Below, piece after piece: positions 12,616 through 25,359 of a stretch of 64,000 nucleotides of DNA. The stretch covers positions 42,226,613 through 42,290,612 of the forward strand of contig NC_092397.1 in assembly GCF_030028105.1 (NCBI RefSeq). The letters are read 5' to 3'. This stretch comes from Mobula birostris (taxonomy: Eukaryota). A model generated the notes under the pieces. That model worked only from the letters and a program-made list of their open reading frames with translations, ran no database searches and had not been told where the DNA came from. The translations under genes were made by a program, and so were the position numbers. Within the stretch, counting starts at the first letter, position 1, and every line of letters starts with the position of its first letter.

Positions 12616-12832
12616 TTTTATACTGTTGGAAAGGGTCTTCCCATCAGCTCTAATTGGCTGAACCAGGTGTCTATTAAAGGTTCTAGTTGCTGCGATTGGT
12701 TGATTCATTTCATGCAGCCTGACGGCGAATAATAATTAAGGGCAAAATGGACGCTGTTAACTGGCGGTCGCACTGCATCCAATCAGAATGCAGTGTGATT
12801 AGCGCGGGTTAATTTCAAATCGCCCGCCAATT
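12616..12832 (-). promoter_or_regulatory. H3 promoter
   Basis: TATAAAA 12622-12616; CCAAT boxes 12653-57, 12695-99 and 12779-83; CHR-like TTTGAA with E2F-like TTGGCGGG at ~12813-12830. Confidence 0.8.
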
Positions 12833-13171
12833 TCAGAGCAACCAGCAACTGTGCCTGATTATTTTTATTTACAATTAATTCTATCACGAATTATACAATT
12901 TCACTTTCATTTAATATCTAATTCCGTCAGTTAAGATTTAAATATATAATTACGGAATCACTTCTCTAAACGAGTGAACTTATTTCTGATAAAAGGATTA
13001 AGATCGACCTTAATGCAGCCAGAGATTTTATTGTAATCACGGACTGGAAAGGCAGGTTCGCAGGTAGATTTCAATCAAAACCGATTAATCTGTTGCAAAT
13101 GTAACTCAGGTGAATATATCGATTAAAAAATAATAAAAAAGTCTGTGGATACGGCTCCGTCTGTGAGGCGG

Positions 13172-13192
13172 TGGGTGGCTCTTAGAAGAGCC
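13172..13192 (-). terminator. H4 histone stem-loop
   Basis: Minus-strand GGCTCTTCTAAGAGCC-ACCCA. Confidence 0.95.
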
Positions 13193-13225
13193 TTTGTTTT
13201 GAGCTCGGGAGGAAGTGAGAGATTT

Positions 13226-13546
<321 letters not shown>

Positions 13547-13574
13547 TCACTCAGGTCGCTGCTCACTGACAAAC

Positions 13575-13750
13575 TGCCTGCTGCTGTCTCCTTTTATACA
13601 CAGCGCCCCGACCTGCCCGAGAAACGCGCAGAGACAGAGGCGGGGAGGGGAGGAGAGGAGACAGAGTGACGGACAGAGCCGACAGCGGCCACTCATCGTC
13701 CAGCTCCGCCTTCACTTTACCACAACCATCAATTTCCAACGATTCATCCG
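13575..13750 (-). promoter_or_regulatory. H4 promoter
   Basis: TATAAAA 13598-13592 with the adjacent CAGGTCGGGGCG H4-type element; whole block conserved at 25360-25540. Confidence 0.8.
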
Positions 13751-13919
13751 ACAGAAAGCGCTCCAGCGAAAACAAAACTCCCTCACACACCAGGCACTTA
13801 CTGAGTCTTGGAATTTGTCGATTCTCCTGCTTTAAATAATAGGAACAGTTTTTCCATTCCGCAAATCCCCGAGGACCTCGGTCTGTCCCTCCCCGGCCCC
13901 ATGACCAGTGCGAGCGCCC

Positions 13920-15745
13920 TCACACACAGCAGTTGGTGGGCGAGGGTGCAGTCACTTCCAGTGATGAGAGGGTTGATTCATTAGAACAATTATTCCTCTG
14001 GGTCGCCAGAAAAATGAAAGACCGGTCACATCCAGGAAAAGGATACATAACCAGATATATAAACACCGTGCTTCTGGCGCCTTCTGAAGCCCAGGTAAAG
14101 AAGTGGCTGAGGTGCTGGTGTGCGGTGGGTGGGGGCTTCAGGTACAAGGATCATTGGACTCTCGAAATGAAGGGAAGACGGGCCCAAGGAGGAGAGGAGA
14201 CAATATGTTTTGGGGAGGTTTCCTCGAGCTACACGGAAGGGTTTAAACGAGCAGGAATTAGGTCCTACATAGTGATTTTAGGGAATTTTGGGTTAAAGAA
14301 GCAGGACTTCCAGGATTGTAATCTCAGAATTGTGACCTAAACCATGAGCTAGTGTGGTGAGAAATCGATATTTCGTGCAGTTTAAGATGTTGCTGAGGAA
14401 CTGAGCAGGAGGAAGGTCTTCAGATTTATGGATCAATGGGCACCTTCCAGGCAGGTGGGAGACCGGGACAAACAGGGTCATTTGCATCTGAACAGGAGGG
14501 GAACCAATATCTTCACCAGGAGTTTTTATGTTGTTGGACAGACAGGGCTGGCAGCTCAACATTCCTGGGTTTGATGGTTTTACATGTGAGTGGGGGTTAA
14601 AAGATGCAGAGGTTACCCCACGGGGAATGTCACAGCAAACTGGAAAGTTCATTTTCAGAGGCAATCTGCAGTTACACTGTTGGGATGTTTGTATTGTCCC
14701 CACAATAACCAGTGGGGGGACTTTATCTTCCCTAGAATTGACTAGGACTTGCTTAATTCTTAGATGCGCAAAATTTCTTCAGTGAATCCGAGGAGTCTTT
14801 GAAACATTATGTACAGAGTCCAACCAGAGGTGAGAACAGATGGGAATTAGTTTTTGGAAATGAGCAAGGCCAGGTGACAGCTAAGAGTCGGTGAACATTT
14901 TAGGTACTGTGATCACAACTTTTTTTTTCTTTGTTACAAGTAAAAATAAAAGAAGATCCTGTATGAAGGTACTAAATTGCAGGAGGACAGGTCAGGGCAG
15001 AGTAAGACAGAAGCCAAGGGGCATTGATTGGGAGCAGCCAGTGTCAGACAAATCCACATCTGACATGTGGGAGTTGTTTACAGACCAGCAACTGGGAGTT
15101 CAAGATCAGCATGTTCTGGTGAGGAGTGAGAAGGATGTTAAGTAAGGGATCTTTAGACAAGCAGAGAGATCCTAAATTTAGTCAAAAGGATATGGAAGGT
15201 TTATGAAGCTAAGGTCAGACTGGGTATCATTGGAAATATAAAGATAGCAGGGAAATGCTAAAGCAGGTGATAGGAAAGGCCAAAAGGAACACAAAATGTC
15301 CTTGTAATGTGGGACCAAAGATAATCCCAAGGCTTTTTGATTTGTATTAATAAGACGAGGATAACCAGAGAATGGAAAAGTCGACTGAAGATTAAAGGAG
15401 GAATGATGTGGTTGAAGTCAGACCAAGTGGCTGAGGTACTGAATGAGTGCGTTGTGTCAGTATTTACCGAGCTGAAGGAATTGAATGGCAATGAAAACAG
15501 AGTGGGGCATGCTAATGTGCAGAGATGTGTTGAAATTAAGGAGGCAGTTGTGCTGGAATGTCTGAAAATCAATAAGATGGATAAGACTCCAGGGCCTGAA
15601 GGCATTTATCCTACAATAGTGAAGGAAGATTGCTGGGGATTTGACAAGGTTCTATGTGTCCTCGATCACAACATGCACTCCCACAGGACTGGAGTGTCGC
15701 AAATGTTAGAGCTTTGATCAAGAAGGGAAATAACAAGAATCCAGG
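13920..15745 (+). mobile_element. Old decayed CR1 (ORF1/ORF2 remnants)
   Basis: GFRYKDHW, WQLNIPGF, AEVLNECVVSVFTE, DKTPGPEGIYP motifs. Confidence 0.7.
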
Positions 15746-17340
15746 AGCTGCAGCTCCTTATGGACGGTGTTAGGGAACTGGAGATGCAGCTCGATGACCT
15801 TCGTCTGGTCAGGGAAAGTGAGGAGGTGATAGAGAGGAGCTATAGGCAGGTAGTCACTCTGGGGCCTGGGGAGACAGATAAGTGGGTAACAGTCTGGAGA
15901 GGGAAGGGCAAGAGGCAGATGCTAGAGAGTACCCCAGTGTCTGTCACACATAACAATAAGTACTCCTGTTTGAGTACTGTTGCGGGGGGGGGGGAAACAA
16001 CCTACATGGGGGAAACAACAGTGGCCACATCTCTGTCACAGAGTCTGACCCTGTGGCCCAGAAGGGCAGGGAAAGGAAGAGGATGGCAGCAATCATAGGG
16101 GACTCTATAGTTAGGAGGTTAGACAGGCAATTCTGTGGATGCAGGAAAGAAACGCAGAGAGTTATTTTGCCTCCCAGGTGTCAGGGTTAGGGATGTTTCT
16201 GATCGCGTCCACGATATCTTGAAGTGGGAAGAACAGCCAGAGGTTGTGGTACATATTGGTACCAACGACATGTAGAAAAAGGGAGGAGGTCCTGAAAACA
16301 GACAACAGGGAGTTTGGAAGGAAGTTGAGCAGCAGGACCTCAAAGGTAGTAATCTCGGGATTACTGCCTGTGCCATGTGACAGTGACTATAGGAATAGAA
16401 TGAGGTGGAGGATAAATGCCTGGTTGAGGGATTGCAGCAGGGGGCAGGGATTCAGATTTCTGGTTCTTTGGGACCTCTTTTGGGGCAGGTGTGACCTGTA
16501 CGAAAGGGACGAGGTGCACTTGAATAAGAAGGGGAACAATATCCTAGCGGGGAGGTTTGCTAAGGCTTCTGGGGAGAGTTTAAACAGAATTGCTGGTGGG
16601 TGAGAACCGAACTGAAGTGACGGGGGAAAGGGAGGTTGGCACTCAAATAGAGAAAGCTTGGAAAAGGAGGATAGGCAGGTGATAGAGAAGGAACACACTC
16701 AGACCGATGATTTGAGATGACTCTATTTTAATGCAAGGAGTATTATGAACAATGCGGATGAGCTTAGAGCGTGGATCAGCACTTGGAGCTATGATGTTGT
16801 GGCCACTACAGAGACTTGGATGTGCAGGGGCAGGAATGGCTACTTCAAGTGCCAGGCTTCAGATGTTTCAGAAAGGACAGGGAGGGAGGCAAAACAGGTG
16901 GGGGCATGACACTGTTGATCAGGGATAGTGTCACAGCTGCAGAAAAGGAGGAAGTCATGCAGGGGTTGTCCACGGAGTGTCTGTGGGTGGAAGTTCAGAA
17001 TAGGAAGGGGTCAAGAACTCTACTGTCTGTTTTTATAGACCACCCAGTAGTAACAGGGACATCGAGGAGCAGATAGGGAGACAGATTCTGCAGAGGTGTA
17101 ACAATAACAGAGTTGTTGTGGTGGGAGATTTTAATTTCCCCAAATATTAAACGGCATCTCCCTCGAGTGAGGAGTTTTGATGGGTTGGAGTTTGTTAGGT
17201 GTGTTCAGGAAGGTTTCTTGATACAATATGTAGAGAAGCCTACAAGAGGAGAGGCTGTGCTTGATCTGGTATTGGGAAATAAACCTGGTCAGGTGTCAGG
17301 TCTCTCAGTGGGAGAGCACTTTGGAGATAGTGATCACAAG
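15745..17340 (+). mobile_element. CR1 ORF1 (SGNH) plus endonuclease, 3'-truncated
   Basis: IGDSIVR, VVVHIGTND, VVISGLLPVP, LDLVLGN...GDSDH. Confidence 0.9.
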
Positions 17341-17690
17341 TCTTGGATCAAGAGCTGCCTGTGGCAATGAATTCCACAGATTCACCACTCTGTGGCTCAA
17401 GAAATTCCTCATCTCCACATTCTACAAGGATCCTCTATACTGAGCCTGTGTCCTCTGCTCTTAGATACGCCCATCCTCTGCACATGCAAATTATCAAGGA
17501 CTTTCACCATTTGAACTTCCAGTGAAGTCAGCCCCAGAGCCATTAAACACTCTTCGTATGACAAGCTGTTGAATCCTGGAATCAATTTTCAGAACATCCT
17601 TTGAACCCATCCTTGCTAAGATAAAGGGCCCAAAACTGCTCACAATACTCCAAGTCAGACCTCCCCAGTACTTTATAAAGTCTGATCACT
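17341..17690 (-). mobile_element. CR1 3' fragment
   Basis: Homologous to 61503-61865; standard CR1 ORF2 C-terminal sequence. Confidence 0.75.
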
Positions 17691-17974
17691 ATTATGATTG
17701 GCGCAGATATTGTGGGCTGAGGGGCAGGTAGCCATCTATTCCATATTGTGCATTGACGAATATGTTTAATCTACCAGCTATTGCAGGGACATGGTTAAGG
17801 AGACTGGGACTGGGAATTCGACCTTCCATCATGTTCAATGTTCCGCACGGAATCGGCAAAATGGAAAGGAGCAGGGTGGATTTGTTCATAATGTGCTGGT
17901 GAAGGAGTGGATACAGTGCCTATAAAAAAATATTCAGTCTCCTTTGGTTATTATGTTTTATTGTTTTGCAATGG

Positions 17975-18380
17975 ATTTAAATGTCTCCCATCCACTACAT
18001 AATGTACTTGTTGGGCACAGGAGTACATTCAGCCAGAGACTCATCCCACCGAGATGCAGCACAGAGTGTCATAGGAAGTCATTCCTGCCTGTGGCCATCA
18101 AACTTTACAACTCCTCCCTTGGGGGGTCAGACACCCTGAGCCAATAGGCTGGTCCTGGATTTATTTCATAATTTACTGGCATAATTTACATATTACTATT
18201 TAACTATTTATGGTTCTATTACTATTTATTATTTATGGTGCAACTGTAACGAAAACCAATTTCCCTCCGGATCAATAAAGTATGACTACTACCACGTACT
18301 GCATTGAACTGCTGCTGCTACATTAACAAATTTCATGACACACGCCGGTGGTAATAAACCTGATTCTGGTTCTGACTCTG
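17975..18380 (+). mobile_element. Rex1 3' ends, preceded by a Tc1 terminus at ~17912
   Basis: SHPLHNVLVGHRSTFSQRLIPPRCSTECHRKSFLPVAIKLYN; GGATCAATAAAGTA tail; (ATTCTG)-type tail at 18360-18380. Confidence 0.8.
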
Positions 18381-18890
18381 AATTCATCCCCACAGACAGC
18401 TGTGGCCAATTCACTGGGTATATTTAATGTGGGGGTTCTCGACTGTGGGGACGAAAAGAGGATTTGAGAGGGTTAAGAGATCTGTCATGATCTCTTATCC
18501 CTGGCAGAATGATGCAGCAGACTGGATGGGGCCAAATGGCCTAATTCTGCTCCTGTGTTTTATGGTCCAATGGTCTCAGAGCAGCTGCAGGACATTTCAA
18601 ATGGAAGGCTGAGCAGTCAGACATCGTGGTGGACGGTGCATGTTGGTAATAGCAACGTAGGGAGGAGGAGGGATGTGTCCTGTCCAGTAAATTTTGAGAA
18701 ATAAGACAGAAATTAAAAAGTAGTAAGCTGTGTATTACTCCCAGTGACACCTATTAGTGCAGGGAGATATAGAAAGATACCACTGATGAATGTGTGGCTG
18801 AGGAGCTGGTGCAGGGGACAGAGATTTAGTTTTATCAATCAATAGGACATCTTCTAGCACTAACTGTTCACTGCCTCGGGTCTTCTAGGG

Positions 18891-20075
18891 CAGCGGTCCC
18901 CAACCACCGGGCCGCGGACCGGTACTGGGCCACAAAGCATGCGCTACCGGGCCACGAGGAAACGATATGATTTGGCGATAGGAGTCAGCTGCACCTTTCC
19001 TCATTCCCTGTCACGCCCACTGTTGAGCCATTACGCATGCGAGGTCATTACCCGCGCGTCATCCATGTCAGCACGGGAGGGAGATCAACTCCTCGAGCTT
19101 GCAAATAAGGGCGGGCTGAAAAGTATGTTTGACATAACATCCCTGACAGCATTCTGGATCTCAAAGTCAAGGCTAAATATCCTGAGATAGCCATGGAAGC
19201 ACTGAAAACGTTGCTTCCATTTCCAACATATCTCTGCAATGAATGGAACGAAAACAAAATTGCATAATAGACTGGACATAAGGAACCCCGTTCGAGTATC
19301 GCTGTCTCCCATCACCCCTCGATAGGACCATCTTGTTGCAGGAAAACAAGCCCAGGGCTCCCACTGATTCAGCGATATTGGTGTGTTGCAATGACTTTAT
19401 ATGTTCATATGGGGAAAATATGTGCTGTGTGTTTAATATCCAAACGATACTTAAAATGTTATGATGCTATTGACATTGTTATATAACTATATAACAATTA
19501 CAGCACGGAAACAGGCCATCTCTGCCCTTCTAGTCCGTGCCGAACGCTACTCTTACCTAGTCCCACCAACCTGCACTCAGCCCATAACCCTCCATTCCTT
19601 TTCTGTCCATTTACCTATCCAATTTTCCTTTAAATAATATCGAACCTGCCTCTACCACTTCTACTGGAAGTTCGTTCGTTCGTTACTTACTTCAAGGTCC
19701 CCTGTCCTTCCCTGATAATTGACTTATCGCTATATTCATGCTAGGAAAATATGCACTGTGTGTTTAATATTAAATTCGTTAAGATAAACCCTTTTAGAAA
19801 CGAGATTGAGTGTATTAGGCACTTATCACCTATATTCCGGTCGTGATTAACATTCCCCCCCAACAGAATCACCAAAAACGGTTTGTAGAAAACATCGGCA
19901 GGTACACGCTTACGCGAAGCACGCATGCGCACTGGTGCCCGCGCAAGGATTCATGGTCATTGTAGTCTCTCCCTGTAAACAACGCACGGCTCTACTCTTG
20001 TCCGTTGGCAACCCTACCCCCACCCCTCCCCCCGGATCGGCCGGTCCGCAGTGCAAAAAAGGTTTGGGGCCCCTG
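18891..20075 (+). mobile_element. Non-autonomous hAT (Charlie/Buster group) transposon
   Basis: TIRs CAGCGGTCCCCAACC / GGTTTGGGGCCCCTG; perfect 8-bp TSD TTCTAGGG at 18883-90 and 20076-83; transposase C-terminal remnant ending KQAQGSH*; nested CR1 3' piece ~19470-19680. Confidence 0.9.
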
Positions 20076-21723
20076 TTCTAGGGAAGGAACAATTTTCTCC
20101 CTCCAAAAACTGGAGGGAATAATTTTGACGTGCCAGGTTGGAGGTTGAAAGGGGATCTGAAGGGTGAGTTGATGGAGGCAGATAAAATTATGTGAGGCAT
20201 ACAGAGGTTAGGGAGACAGAGACTGCTTCCTGTATTGTGGGTGTCTAAAATGAAAGAGAATAGTTGTAAGGTGAGAGGGGGGAGGTTTAAAGGAGTAAAT
20301 ATTTCACACACAGAATAGCTGGTATGCCGAATGAGCCGCCAGAGGAAGTAGTGGAGGCAGAAACACACAAAGTCTCTGTTCATGAACACTTCCCAGGAAC
20401 CTGCCATTACTGTGTTCATCCTGCCCTGGTTGAACTTCCCAGTGCTGGGTCCATTGTTGTTTCCCATCTGTATTAATGATCTGGATGAGAATGTGATCAA
20501 CTGGATCAGCAAATTTACAGATGACACCAAGGTCAGCTTGCAAATCTTGATATGGGATCTGGACCAGCTGGAAAAATGGCAGATGGAATTTAATACACAC
20601 AAGTATGCGGTGAGTGCAACTAAGTTGAACGAGAGAAATGTGTGGTTTAAAGAGGATCTGAGGAAAACTGTCCTCTCTCCCTAGGAAGTTACAATCTGGA
20701 ACACACTGTCTGAGGGGGTGGTGCAAGGACCATCTGGATGAGCATTTGAATCACCAAGGCAGGGTAGGAGACAGACCAAGTGCTGAGTTAGTAGAGACAG
20801 ATTCTTGATGGTCAGTATGGACATGCAGAAACCACTGACTGTGAAAGTACAGTGGGAACCTGAAACACAGGACTTCAGGATAGACTCAGCTAAAACATTC
20901 AGTACCCAGTACAATGGATTTTTGTTGGACAAAGGTATTAATGGTCAAATACTGAACCAACCCCCTCAAAAGGCGACCAAAATACTCCCATTCCCTGTGT
21001 ACGGATAACAGTACTTTTATATGGGAATTTGGTTAAGTACTCTGGGAGATATTAGGAGAGATGGCTGACAACTTGGTCACAGTGGGAGGGTGCAAATGTC
21101 TTCTCAGAGGATAAGGGGTTCAGTGGAACAAGCTCACAGCTGAGAATGAAGGTGACAAACCCCACTGCAGTGGAGGACTGCTGTGGTCAGGGTTGTACAG
21201 GATAGAAACAGACCCTCTGGCCCATCATATTTATGTTCCCCATCATGCACAGCTATACTAACCCCACTTTCCTGCATTAGTTTCATATCCCTCTGGGCCT
21301 TGCTCACTGAAGCCCCTGTGCATGTGCCTCTAATATTGTTACACAGTTCCCTGTATGTGGCATCACAGGTAGACAGGGATGTGTGTTCTGCTTGCCTTGT
21401 CAGTCAAAGAACTGCCTCTCATTAGAGTAGGACAAAACTGTTTAAAGACAGATTTAAAGGGGATCTGAAGGGTAAATATTTCACACAGAGAATAACTGGC
21501 ATCCGGAATTAACTCCCAAAATAGAGTCACTGGTCTATACAGAAATGAACCAGTCCCTTCGGTACAACTCATCCACGCCGACCAAGCTGTCGACCTGAAT
21601 TCGGCCCATCTGCCTGCATTAGGCCCGTATCCCTCTCAACCTTTCCCATCCATGTGACTGTGCAAATATGTTTTAAGTATTGTACCTGAGGCAGAGAGCC
21701 GGTGCAGTGAGGCGCTGACAGAC

Positions 21724-21960
21724 ACTCACTGTTCCGCGGGCAGGAAGAGGAGAGGCGGATCCCACAGCGGAGCCGAAACCCCACCATCCTGGATTTACCG
21801 TTCCCCAGGAAACGACGTCGGTGAGGTGGGACCACTGTGACGTCAGCGCGTCACGGATTGGTAATCTCATGGTGTCACGTGACGGTGAGTGCCCAGCCCG
21901 GGAGGCGGGGCAGAGGGAGCTGTCAATCAGTGGAGCCGCTGAAAAGCTTGCGACCGTTGT
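21724..21960 (-). promoter_or_regulatory. CpG-rich promoter plus putative first exon (copy 2, inverted)
   Basis: X-box-like GTTCCCCAGGAAAC 21800-13, CRE TGACGTCA ~21838, ATTGG ~21857, GTCACGTGAC ~21873, GC box ~21900, CTGTCAATCA ~21920; minus-strand donor GTGAGT 21729-21724. Confidence 0.65.
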
Positions 21961-22269
21961 GAACAGAGTGGGTACAGACGGAGATTTCCGGCAACGGTGA
22001 CTCCTTCCCCACCCACGGGAATTGAGTGTGTTATAAATAGCAGTATTTTCATTTGACACTTCGGTCTTATACATATTTAATATTTGTATTTGGCATATTT
22101 CTGTGTGGATCATCTTTTATAATTTGGGGTAAAAAAAAACGTTGGAACTAGATCACTGAACGATTCATGAAAAAGGAGCGTCACGGAAAAATATTGTCAA
22201 AGCCAAAATTTTAACCCAAAGTAAGTTGTTCTCATGGTACGTACATATCACCATCTAGTTCAAGGTAAA

Positions 22270-23670
22270 ATCTATTCTCACGGTAGATTTATGTCACCAC
22301 ATACAACCCTGAGATTCTTTTCTGCGTGCATTCTGAGCAAATCTGTAGAACTTACTGTAAACTGTAAATATGAGAAACTATAAACTGAAAACAAACAGTG
22401 CAAATGCAGAAAAATGAATAACAATAAATAACGAGCATGAAAGAACAATGTAACAGAGGTCTTAAAAGAGTCCTGACATGAGTGTATCTATCCCCTTTTG
22501 TTCAAGTCCCTGATGGTTGAGGGGTAGTAACTGTTCTTGAACCTGGTGATGCGAGTCCTGAGGTACCTGTACCTTCTACCTGATAGCAGCAGTGAGAAAA
22601 GAGCATTGCCTGGGTGGTGAGGATCTTTGATGATGGATGTTGCTTCCCTACGGCTATGTTTCATGTAGATGTGCTCAGTGGTTATGAATGTTTTACCCGT
22701 GATGTAGCTGGGCTGAATCCACTAGCTTTGGAGGAATTTCCAATCAAAGGCATTGATGTTCCTATACCAGGTCATAGTGCAGCCATTTGTCATACTTTGC
22801 ACCACACATTTATAGAAGTTTGACAAAGTTTTCAGGAATTTAAGGTTACTGACTCTCTCCGCCTCTGATCGTCCTTTGATTACTGGCTCCGGTTTCCTCT
22901 CCTAAAGTCTACAATCTGTCCCTTGGTCTTACTGACACTTAGTGAGAGGTTGTTGTTATTACGCCACTCAACCAAGTTTTCAATCTCCCTACTGTATGCT
23001 GATTTATCACCCCGTTTGATACAGCCCACAACAGGGGTGTCATCAGCAAACTTGTATATGATGTTGGAGCTGTACTCAGCCACACAGTCATAGGTGTAAA
23101 GCGAGTAGAACTGGGGGCTCAGCACACTTCCTTGTGGTGCTCCTGTGCTGATAGAGATCATGAAGGAGATGTTTTTGCCAATCTGAACTGAATTGTAACT
23201 GAGGAAATCCAGGATCCAATTACACAAGGGGGTATTGAGGCCCAGGTCTGGGAGCTTACCGATTAGTTTTGAGGGGATGATGGTGTTAAATGCTGAGCTG
23301 TATTCAATAAAGGGTATCCAGATGTTTGCATCTTTGCTGTCCGGCTGTTCCAGAGTTGTGTGAAGAGCCAACGAGACAGCATCTGCTGTTGCTTCGGTAG
23401 GTGAATTGGAGAGTATCCAACTCTCCGATTTTGTTGATATTCAGTGAGAGATTGTCGTTGTGGCACCATTCAACCAGATTGTGCATCTCCCTCCTGAGGG
23501 CAAATTTGTCACCAGCTTTGATTGATCCAACAACATCTGCAAACTTAAATATGGCATTGGAGTTGTACTTAGCCGCACAATCACAGGTATAAAGTGAACA
23601 GAGTAGTGACCAAGCACACAGCTGTGTGGTGCACCAGTGCTGATGGTGATTGTGGAGGAGATGTTGTTGA
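22270..23670 (-). mobile_element. Rex1/Babar RT fragments and 3' end
   Basis: SSAFNTIIP, TGAPQGSVLSP, YKFADDT in ORF 22880..23371; second partial copy 23400-23670. Confidence 0.9.
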
Positions 23671-24212
23671 CTTTGAATGCAAAGTCTTCACCATGAAGGG
23701 AAATAGAAATTACAACTGAGGAAGAAGATTACATTAAAATCAGCAAAATATAAAAATGAAAATTAACTACGTTTTTCACAGAAATGTGAAAACAGGGGGC
23801 CCACTTGTCCATGCTGACATTTGTCAGTCTGCAATGAGTACTGTGAGCAATGCTGGGCCCTTTATCCAAGGAATGATGTATTTGCATCGGAGAGGGTCCA
23901 GAGCAGGTTCACAAGAATGATCCTGGGAATGAAAAGGTTAACATATGAGGGGCATTTGATGCCTCTGGGCCTGTACTTGCTGGGTTTAGAAGCATGAGGA
24001 TTGAATGGCATTATAACCGCTTGACTGAACATGGAGAGGATGTTTCCCGTAGTGGGTTAGTCCAGCACCAGATGGCACACACTCAGAATAGAAGGATGTC
24101 TCTTCAGAACAGAGATGAGAAGATATTTCTTTAGCCAGAGGGTCATGAATCTGTGGAATTCATTGTCAAAAGTTGAGGAGGCCACACAGAGCGAGCATCA
24201 GATACAGTTAAT

Positions 24213-24722
24213 TGACATGTCGATCCATGGCCTCCTCCACTGTTGTGATGAGTCCACACTCAGGGTGAAAGAGCAACTCCTTATATTCCGTCTGGCTAGC
24301 CTACAACCTGATGATATGAACTTCAATTTCTCCAACTTCTGGTAATATCCCACACCTCCTTCACCATTCCCCATTCACTTTTCCATCTCACATTATCTTC
24401 CTACCTGCCCATCACCTACCGCTGGTGTTCATCCCTATTTTCTTTCTTCCATGGCTTTCTGTCCTCTCCTACTAGATTCCCCCTCTCTAGCCCTGTATCT
24501 CATACACCAATCAACTTCCTAGCTCTTTACTTCACCGGCCCCTCTCACAGTGTCACCTTTCACCTTGTGTTTCCTCCCCACCCCCTCACCTTCTAACACT
24601 GACTCCTGATCTTGTTTTCTCCAGTCCTGATGAAGGGTCTCGGCCCGAAACGTCGACTGTAGTCTTTTCCATGGATGCTGCCTGGCCTGCTGAGTTCCCC
24701 CAGCATTTTGTGTGTGTTGTCC
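24213..24722 (+). mobile_element. Penelope 3' portion (end of GIY-YIG plus pseudo-LTR)
   Basis: EQLLIFRLASLQPDDMNFNFSNF C-terminus, pyrimidine-rich 3' region, hammerhead motif. Confidence 0.85.
24622..24659 (+). ncRNA. Minimal type I hammerhead ribozyme in a Penelope pseudo-LTR
   Basis: CAGTC-CTGATGA-A-GGGTCTCGGCCC-GAAA-CGTC-GACTG: helix I CAGTC/GACTG, intact core, helix II GGG/CCC, palindromic ACGT helix III, GUC cleavage triplet ending at 24654. Confidence 0.85.
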
Positions 24723-24724
24723 AG

Positions 24725-25335
24725 ATACAGGTGATGATCTCAACAGGCTTGCAGGTGAAGTTTTGTTTCTCCTGGATGGACTATTTGTGTTTCTGAATGG
24801 TGGTGTAGCTCATGTTCCGATTACAGGGATAAGTGCCAGCAATGAGATCAGTGGGGAGGGGTGAATGGACAAGGAAATCACGGAGAGAGTGATCCCGGCT
24901 GAAAGTGGAGAGTGGGGTCGGGAGAGGATGTGTTTAGTGCTGGAATCCCTTTGAAGATGCTGGACATTGTGTAAAATGTTGTGCTGGATACGGACACTCG
25001 GGGGGGGGGTGATACATAAGGACAAGGGGAACTCTAACCCTGTTATGACAGTGAGAAGATGGTGTAATGGCAAATGTCTGAGAAATGGGGGGATATATGG
25101 GGGTGAGAGCAGCAACAATGAGAGAGGAAGGGAAACCCCGTTCTTTGAAGAAGGAAGACATCGCTGATATTCTGGCAAGGGAAGCCCCACCCTGGGAACA
25201 GATGTGGTGGAGACGAATAAGAGGGATGACGTTTGCACAGTAGACAGGGTGGGAAGAGTGATAGTCAAGATAGCTGTGAGAGTCAGTAGGTTTATAGAAA
25301 GATATCACCAGACAGTCTGTCTCCAGAGATGCTAC
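24725..25335 (-). mobile_element. Penelope RT C-terminal fragment
   Basis: FYKPTDSHSYLDYHSSHP...RLHHICS...MSSFFKERGFP...RVPLVLMYHP. Confidence 0.9.
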
Positions 25336-25359
25336 ACTAGCCAGTCTGTCCTCAGAAAC

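Larger units (their letters stand above)
15606..18445 (+). repeat. Segmental duplication copy A (copy B is 56956-64000)
   Basis: Same ordered mosaic and same element-to-element junctions in both copies. Confidence 0.9.
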
